From NCBI GenBank assembly GCA_047967505.1, contig CM106538.1: a DNA stretch of 64,000 nucleotides, one strand, 5' to 3'. The first letter of the stretch is position 1. Every line of letters begins with the position of its first letter. This DNA is from Dipteris shenzhenensis (lineage: Eukaryota). The position numbers were made by a program, and so were the translations under genes. Positions 1 to 7,980 of this stretch are shown one piece after another. The notes below the pieces were generated by a model that saw only the letters and a program-made list of their open reading frames with translations, made no database searches and was not told the origin of the DNA.

Positions 1-355
1 AATATTTCTCCAGGTAATCCTCTGCCATTTCCTGCAAGGAAAGAATGGCAGTTCTATTCCACCTGAACCCAAGGTTCCAACTATCACAAATTTCTCTCAC
101 CAGTCTTTGAAAGGGTGCTTTGGGTATTGCAAAACCTATGGCTTTCTGTTGCCTCCTTATTTCCCTAAGCACACCTGCACCCTTATTCAATCTTTTGGCC
201 TTTTGCTTGAGCAAGCTCATTGGCTTACCCTTCCTGCCATGTGAAGCTCTTCCCTTTGGAGGAACACTAAACTTCTTGGAACCTGTCCCAGCTGCTGTTG
301 CTGCAAGACCTGGTCCTTTGCCAACTTGCCTTGCAGTTGATTTGGTTCTTGCCAT
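1..355 (-). CDS. Divergent histone H3-like protein (5' part; ORF runs off the left window edge)
   Basis: Manual translation from ATG at 355-353: MARTKSTARQVGKGPGLAATAAGTGSKKFSVPPKGRASHGRKGKPMSLLKQKAKRLNKGAGVLREIRRQQKAIGFAIPKAPFQRLVREICDSWNLGFRWNRTAILSLQEMAEDYLEKY. It shows the H3 hallmarks ARTKxTAR, LREIR..QK, PFQRLVREI and LQE.AE.YL. No stop or intron in 118 codons. A candidate 5'UTR intron acceptor (TTTTTCAG) lies 4 nt upstream of the ATG. Confidence 0.93.
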   Translation of the reverse strand, partial: MARTKSTARQVGKGPGLAATAAGTGSKKFSVPPKGRASHGRKGKPMSLLKQKAKRLNKGAGVLREIRRQQKAIGFAIPKAPFQRLVREICDSWNLGFRWNRTAILSLQEMAEDYLEKY

Positions 356-404
356 CACTCTGAAAAACTGCATACAAAGGATTGGAAAGAGATCAAAGAC
401 ATGA

Positions 405-1345
405 AGAACATGTTTTTACAAAGAAAAGGCAATCACAGGGGTGGTAGAAGCCAAATAGAGAAATTTGCAATAAAATGCGATATGAGCAGTTTGGAATTTC
501 AAACAGGTCCACATCGCATTTTGCTGCAAATTTTTTAAATGAAATGTTGGTGCACTCCTACAGTGATTTCTATGTTTCTCCAACCAAATATAGTATGAAT
601 GGAGGTCATTCAAGAAGATCACATGCAAATATCACACTTGAAGATCTGCATTCCTTCAGTGATTTCTCTGTCTTGGTTTGAGCCTATGCATTTCCATACA
701 GGATGTAATTTTTCTATTTTAGGCAAGAAGATTGCAGAGGCTAAGGGGAGTCACAAAACCAGACATGTTCTCATTAAGAAAAGGCAATTACAGAGGTGGA
801 AGAAGCCAAATAGACAAATTTGCAATAAAATGCGATATGAGCAGTTTGGAATTTCAAACAGGTCCACATCGCATTTTGCTGCAAATTTCTGAAATGACAT
901 GCTGGTGAACTTCTACAGTGATTTCTTTGTCTCTCCAGCCAAATACAGTATGAATGGAGTTTATGCAAGAAGACTACAGCTATGGAAGTCAAAAAACCAG
1001 AACATGTTCTCACAAAGAGAAGGCAATCACAGGGGTGGAAGAAGCCAAATAGAGAAATTTGCAATAAAATGCGATATGAGCAGTTTGGAATTTCAAACAG
1101 GTCCACATCGCATTTTGCTGCAAATTTTCTAAATGACATGCTGGTGCACTCCTACAGTGATTTCTATGTTTCTCCAACCAAATACAGTATGAATGGAGGT
1201 TAGGCAAGAAGATCACATGCACATATCACACTTGAAGATCTGCTTTCCTACAGTGATTTCTTTGTCTTGGTTTGAGTCTATGCATTTCCATACAATATGT
1301 TTTTTTTCTATTTTAGGCAAAAAGATTGCAGAGACTAAGGGGAGA
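405..1345 (+). repeat. Tandem repeat array 1: three units (core spacings 355 and 239 bp), each with a ~75-bp imperfect palindrome
   Basis: AAATTTGCAATAAAATGCGATATGAGCAGTTTG-GAATTT-CAAACAGGTCCACATCGCATTTTGCTGCAAATTT recurs at ~461, ~816 and ~1055 with conserved flanks. Confidence 0.9.
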
Positions 1346-1553
1346 ACCCATTGTTCCTGACCTGGAGTCTATCTGTGGATGTGCTGTGCTGCTGAGGAGT
1401 AATCTGTGCTGAGGATGATTCTGTGTTGCTGGACAAGATGCTGATGCTGCAGAGTATGGAGGTAGGGAGGCAAGAGGGTAGAGACTGGAGGGCAAGAGTT
1501 CTAAAACAGGATACCACAAAGAAGTGCAAAATGAATTAAAGAATCACTAAATC

Positions 1554-1633
1554 CCACACGTGTGGAATCTAGTCGTTTTTCACACGTGTGGATGGGACCT
1601 AGATCTCTTGGAGTTTGAAATCTGGCACGTGTG
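1554..1633. promoter_or_regulatory. Cluster of three CACGTG (G-box/E-box) palindromes
   Basis: CCACACGTGTGG 1554-1565, CACACGTGTG 1581-1590, GCACGTGTG 1625-1633, in otherwise CpG-poor DNA. Function is inferred only. Confidence 0.4.
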
Positions 1634-2056
1634 AAAGTACACTTTATTCCTTGGAACTTGTGCCATTCATTATTTCATCATGAATACCACAACCACTTTT
1701 CCCTCCCCTGGATTCCAATCTCTCATCCCTGCCACGACTCTCTCCTGATCCTTTCTCTCTGATTCTTTCCTGCCCAGCACACTCCATCCAGATTGCAGAG
1801 CCTGCCTGAAGACAGTACTGCCAGATCTCCAGGTTACCTAGAGTGCAAGGTTCAAGCTAGAGAAAGAGCAGGAGATTTACCAGTGCAACTCAATCAGCAT
1901 GGAAAAGGAAAAAAAAGGTCAGAGTTCTAGTTTGGTTTCAATGTTTTTCAACATTTATTTCTTCCATCCATTGGATTTTTTATGTCCCAATGTCTTCACT
2001 CAGCTCCATCCTTCTTCCACAATGTGGTAAATCACCCAAAAATTAGATTGTAGGTT

Positions 2057-2563
2057 GATATGAACAGAAACAAGAAATTTGCAACAAAATGCGAGGAGAG
2101 TGGTTTGGAATTCTCTAAACAGCCCATATCGCATTTTGCTGCAAATTCCTGTTGTGGACTCCTTGCTCATGAAAATTTTCATTCATTCCATTTTTTCTCT
2201 TGCATATGAGAGCATAGTGTCCAGGAATCACTGAAATGAAGCAAGTGCTTGATTTGACATGCACATGAACAGAACTTGAGAATTTGCAACAAAATGCGAG
2301 GAGAGTGGTTTATAGTTCTCTAAACAGCCCATATCGCATTTTGCTGCAAATTCCTGTTGTTGACACATTCCTCATGAATAGTATCACTCATTCCATTATT
2401 TCTCTTGCATGTGAGATCATAGTGTCCAGGAATCACTGAGATGAACCAAGTTCTTGATTTGACATGCACATGACCAGAATTTGAGAATTTGCAACAAAAT
2501 GCGAGGAGAGTGGTTTACAATTCTCTAAACAGCCCATATCGCATTTTGCTGCAAATTCCTGTG
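2057..2563 (-). repeat. Tandem repeat array 2: 205-bp unit, ~2.5 copies, same palindrome family as array 1 but inverted
   Basis: GCGAGGAGAG starts at 2091, 2296 and 2501 (exact 205-bp period). The reverse complement AAAATGCGATATGGGCTGTTT matches array 1 AAAATGCGATATGAGCAGTTT. Confidence 0.9.
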
Positions 2564-2886
2564 TATTATTTGTTTCTCACTTCTACCTATTAATTTGCTA
2601 CCTTTAGCCCTGTGGAGATCTTCCTTGATGATGAGAAATGTTTTTGTTTTGGAACAGCTGTTTCCCAGGCCCCACCTTTCAAGAGGAAGCTGGACTTTTC
2701 TGCTGCTATAATAAAACCTCAGCAATCACCAGGTGAGTGATGAGATGTCATGAAGGAATTATCTGGTGATATACAATGCATTCACTGATTGCATATGTCA
2801 GCATATAGAATTTATAGTATATAAGTTTTTGAATAGGCAAAAAGAAGAGGCTGGAGCAGAGTGCTGATTCTTCCATCAAAAAACAA

Positions 2887-4525
2887 ATGGAACCAGAAGA
2901 GGACAGTTCTCCAGATTTGCTCCTATTTGAGTTTCTTCACAAATGCAAGGCTCAGAGTAACTTCCATTTATACCACAGTATATTCAACATGGAGTTCTCA
3001 ATGAGCTCTGTACTGGAGCAACACAAAGATTTTCTTTCAGACTATTGGGATGCCTTCAAAGAACTGACAGAGGCAGGAAGAATTGTGGGAGGTGAAAAGG
3101 TTTTTGTGCACATTAATCATATTGTCTCCAATGACAGGCTGAGGTACCATGTGAGCAGAAGATTTGACAGCCTGCCTGATCACTATAAATTCAACTGTAC
3201 TTTGCACACCAGAAAGTGCAGAGTGCTGGAGGAGAGCATGGCATTTCTCATGTACATTGTCTTCAGTCAGGAGTCTTTGGATGAACAAGGGCAGGAAACA
3301 GAAGAAGAAGACACATCTGAAGCTTCTGAAAAGGAGGATGTTTCTTTGGGCTCTGAAATGGCAGAGCAAGAAGAAGATATCAACCTTCAGGATGAGGGGC
3401 TGCAAGTGGCTGCTCTTGACCTTGTTCAACTGAGGAATAAAACTCTGAGGGGAGCAGAGCCAGTTGAAGATTTTGATGTTCAGAGCAGCAACTATGCAGT
3501 GCCCATGCTTCCAGGTGTGTTGATTGGTGGAAAGGATTATGTTTTCCTCCATGATATAGAGTGTATGTTTGATTTGAGGGAGGACTATGCCATTTCCCTT
3601 ATTGCCCAGGCTTCAAGGCTTGACAAGGAGGTTGGCATAGAGGATGACCAATCACTTCTGGCTTTGGAAACAATGTTTGATCCTGTAGAGGCCCTTTCAT
3701 TTTGTTTCAAAGAGGCTGAAAAGTTCCAAGAGCCAGATGAAGCTGCCTTCCAGCTCACACAGGAAGCTATGAATCTCTCAGCTCTATACACAGAAAAGAC
3801 TAGAGAAGAGGCTGTACAAGAAGGGAGAGGGATAAATCTTTGGAAAGATGAACTGCTTGTTGCTGATGAAAATGAGAAGGTACTTCAAATCATATACTTT
3901 GACTTCTGCTTAACTTTAGTTTTGTAGGTTGTGTATTGTCTCACTCCAATCCTTTGATATGTTGCAGCTACAAATTGAGGATGACACATTCCTCCAGAGA
4001 TCAAGTGGAAGCAGGCAGGTTGGGTTTCGCAAAATGTCAGGCCTAGCTCATTATATTCATGATCTAGGCAGTGCCAAGATCTTGATTTACCATAGGAAGT
4101 TGAGCAACAATGGAGAAGCCATTGTTTACTTCCTAAAATGTTTGTCCAGGGCTTTAGGTGGACATGCTCTTTCATGGCAAAAGGAAAAGATCATTTTGAT
4201 AGAGAGGTTGTCTGCCATAGATATATTTGGAGATTATGTGAATAAGCAGGCCTCTAGGGCCGCTTACTTTTTGTCTTACACTTCTTATGCATTAGCATGT
4301 GGTGTTAAGGACCCCAAATATCTGGAGGGCTATGGAAAACACCAGCTTGTAAGGTTTCGAGAGCCACCCATGATCGCATCAGGCCACACAGTCCAAGAAG
4401 AGGAACAGGTGGAGAGAGCTGAAGAAAAGGATAAAGAGACAGTCGACATCAAGCCAATAAAGAAGAAAAAGACTCCAATCAAGATCAAAAAGAGAGTTCC
4501 GATGAACAGGCCCTGGGAGAAATAG
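2887..4525 (+). CDS. Unknown ~516-aa protein with acidic middle and basic C-terminal tail; putative transposon accessory gene; exons 2887-3879 and 3968-4525
   Basis: ORFs 2887-3927 and 3929-4525 join in frame via a phase-0 GT..AG intron 3880-3967 (ENEK|LQIEDD). C-terminal KKKKTPIKIKKR is NLS-like. Probable 5'UTR intron 2733-2836 (GTGAGT...AATAG). Confidence 0.72.
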
Positions 4526-4848
4526 GATTTAGTCATCGAATATAGCACAAACATTATATTAAATTTGAACTGATTTGTATAAAGTCTTTGATATCTGGTA
4601 TGATCTTGTATAAATGATTAATAAGTTGATGATGAAATGATTTGTACATTTACATAGAGTGGTGTCGTTAAATATTAAATGAACAATATATTGAAATTGT
4701 AAACAAATTGTATTAAGTTCAGATCATATGTTTCACATTGAAATTTTTTTCATGCATAACACCAAGAGTCACTTGTTCCACTAAAAAAATTTCTATTGAA
4801 TGAGTTTGAAAACATGTGGACATAACCCCAATAAGTTACAAATGAGTC

Positions 4849-7584
4849 CTATTCATGTTTACTTGTCCATTTATGGTTTCTAAATATCTTCGATTCCCTC
4901 CACTGTCTATGTCTCTTTGCTGCAATTGAATTGTCTAGAGCTTGTCTTCGTCTTTGCTTTTGGGCTAGAAGAAAAGCAAGCTTGATTTTGGAGCTAGCAA
5001 CTTTTCTTTTAGCATGCAGCCTTTGTAGTATGCCTCGGTAAAACCATTGGAAGACTTCCTTCAGACTATTCGCCTTCTGACTCCCTCCATAGTGTTGTGT
5101 GTGTCTAAAAAATGCATTACGTGCCATGTAGTGAGACTTCTCCATGCCTTGGGTAGACCAAATAGCTGGGCATCCATACTTTTTGACAAAATAGGGAAGG
5201 TGGTTGTATATGATATGCTGTAAGACATAAGAATGCATAGTAAGTAATAAAAAAAAGAGGATCACACTTAAGTAAAAAAAAAAGACAGAACCTTACCATG
5301 TAGTGAGTTATATTGCAGGCTGTCCACGCGTCTTTCATTGACTTCCCAAAATGTTTAATTGCCTCCTCAAAGTTCTTATAATCACTCTTTGTCCATGTTA
5401 CTTTGTCACAGAACATGAAGAGTTGATCAAGAGACCTCCACACCTCTGCCTTCCTATTTCGTGCTTCCCCATCTGCCTCATGATCTTTCACAGCATTATG
5501 GACTTGCTTCCACAATCCATAATTAATCTTTGAAACTGCTCTACCTTGCCTTACTTGCTTACTGTGTTTGGGTCGAGACAAGAATCTTCTTGCCTTAACA
5601 CCACCAATAGAGGGCTTGATTGGTACCTCCTTGCCATTGGTAGACTTTTTAAAATCCTTTGTGATTTGAACATCTCCTCCATGCAGACCTATATCGGATA
5701 ACACTTTTTCCAATGCTTGAAGAGCATCCTTTCTATTTTTTTTGGGACGGAGTTTCCAAGCAAATCCAATATATAAAAATACCAATTTCTCAATAATTCG
5801 ACATAGACCATGCAATGTGCAGATGTGAACATTACATAGTGGAATGTCCAGAATGGCCTTGAAGTCAGGGTCAACTTTATCTCTATTAGGTGCTCTCTTC
5901 CACCATTTTGAATCCATTACTTGAGCTGATTCTTTGCAGTAAAGACAAGGAGACTTTGAGTTGCCTCCTTTACTAATGTTATACATGCACTTAAGTGTTT
6001 TAAGATCCCCGGCCATGTGCCACTCTACTTGAAAATCACCTTTTCCTGCAACATGGAGATTCTCGCCTTGCACTTGTCTTTTGATTATTGTTGGTATTTC
6101 CGTGTGATGAAACACCCAATCTAGTGTTTCATGGTCTTCGGTCTTCACCTGCGAGATTATAGAAAACAAAAGTATTACTATATCAGATTTGAAAACAATG
6201 ACCAAAATCAAGTATAAAACAGCCCATGATCATACCTGGAACGAGCCTAACCACCATATGTGTTTCTCTGACTGCACACTAAAATACTTCGAACTCGCTT
6301 CAGTCAATGATGTATCAATCGCTCCATTCATCAATGTAATAGTAACGCTTTCCATTTTCTTTTCCTTTACAACCTCACACTCATCCAGTTTGATAACAAA
6401 TTTCAAAATGCCTTTGCACTCCTCAAATGTTATTCCATAAAACTTGATTATTCTTTTTTGAAGTTGTTGCAGATCTAAAAATATATTGTTCCAAGGATCA
6501 TACACAGTGGTTCCTTTAACACCATGAAATATTTCTTCAATATGGATATACTGCCCAATAAATTCATCTATACTTTCATTCAAATGACCTCTTATCCTCC
6601 ACACGGTTGCTGGATTTGGCAGTAAAACTCGTTTAATCTTTTGATCTTTCAAAGTTGAGGATATCGCATGAAAAATCGAACTATATCCCTTCCTGCTAAC
6701 TCCACTAACATCAAGAGCCTCTTGGATTATAGTGCCATCAACTTGATTATTGGATACAAAGTCCTCTACAACATTGCGTTTGACTGTTTTGTATTTTTTT
6801 TCCTCAATCAAACCTTTTGCTACATCGCAAGAAAGCAATCCTTTCATTTGTTTAACAGGAAGAAGGTTCGGGTCCATATTTTCTTTTGCAGGCTCCAATA
6901 ATTTCCTGTAATAACAACATTATATGACTATATTATTCAGCACCTCCATTCTTATTTTGCGACAATCAACGAAATAGATATAGTCTGGAAGAGAGCCTTT
7001 TTGAGTATACAAAATGATAAATTTCAATCTAACCTTGCTTCCTGAATTCGTCGCTTGCATCCACCAGTCCCAGCCTTCAAATTTGCAATGTTTTTAATCT
7101 TCCTGCTACGTTGTCTGTCTCCAAGCACGGTTCTCTTCTTTCTTGCTCTTGTCAATTCTTTTTTACTCTTTGAATGCTCCTCGATTTCATTCTGCAACTG
7201 CTGCTCCAATTTTGCACGAATGGCTATCTCCTCCATCTTGGCCCCCTTTTCTTGTAGGTACATCATTTTATACGTTTTCGCAAATGCAGATTGCGCTGAA
7301 ATATAACCAAGAAGTCCATTTTGTCCATCACCGGCAAACCTCAGTAATGTGGTGGGATTGACAAATGGAGGTGTAGAGTTTTTTACTTGACATTTTGGAT
7401 ATATGCTTCCGTCGCACCATAAGTCAATATGTTGAAGCCCTTCTCTTCTCATATTTTCCCGCTGTTGAGCATTCAGCACCGTATCCTTTCGTCTTTTTTG
7501 TGCTGGAGCATATTGTTCTTCCAAGTCGATGTGAAGATGGTGTAATCGCTTCTTCTCAGATAGTGACTCACTAGTATCGGCCAT
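4849..7584 (-). CDS. RAG1/Transib-like (CMC-Transib clade) DDE transposase, ~813 aa; exons 7584-7034, 6905-6236, 6148-5297, 5217-4849
   Basis: Four ORFs splice in frame via canonical GT..AG introns (6906-7033, 6149-6235, 5218-5296) with no stops. Motifs in RAG1 order: KFVIKLDE (D1), GDLK (D2), CLYC, CTLHGLCR, THYMHIIYNH (H-x4-H), WSTQGME (E exactly 20 aa after the second His, as in RAG1 YFHKTLAH...WASEGNE). Confidence 0.85.
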
Positions 7585-7980
7585 TTTTTGTGCTCCTCAG
7601 GTTGCGAAGTTTGTTTTTCAATCTCATAGTCGTTTTGTAACATGAATCGTGGAAGTGTGGCGGTATCCATGTGAATATTTTAAAAACTTGCAATCACTAA
7701 GTTCAGTGATGGACTCTTAATGAAAGACCTGCACACGTCGGCCAAAGAGATGCGGAATCTTTGGTAAACAAAAAAAAATCTAAGAGGATATTTAATACAA
7801 AATCGTGTTAGTCAGACAAAATATTATCTTATTCCTTTTTGAATTGACAGTTCTGTAGTCCTTACTGACAAATCTGAGCCACGTTTCCGTATTTTACTAT
7901 TTTTGAGGTCTTTTAGGAGAGAAATAAATCAAAAAATAGTGAATTTCTTACAGGGCCCCAAAATGAGTTCCCTTTTTCCC

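Larger units (their letters stand above)
1..7980. mobile_element. Candidate multi-gene DNA transposon (right part): transposase + convergent gene + H3-like gene
   Basis: Compact gene cluster with an AT-rich subterminal region, ending abruptly at ...GAGTTCCCTTTTTCCC (7980) where retroelement-family X sequence begins. The left end and TSD are outside the window. Confidence 0.6.

Noticed and set aside
1-355. Calling this gene CENH3 or canonical H3
   Set aside because: It keeps Q68, has a canonical-length loop 1 and no introns (unlike typical plant CENH3), yet is far too divergent for H3.1/H3.3. Left unnamed.
120-404. 94-aa plus-strand ORF
   Set aside because: Antisense shadow of the H3-like ORF.
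405-2563. Palindromic repeats with spacers resembling a CRISPR array
   Set aside because: Spacers are long and homologous to each other, the context is eukaryotic, and no cas genes are present.
2887-4525. RAG2-like gene
   Set aside because: Orientation fits ProtoRAG, but no kelch repeats or PHD finger are visible.
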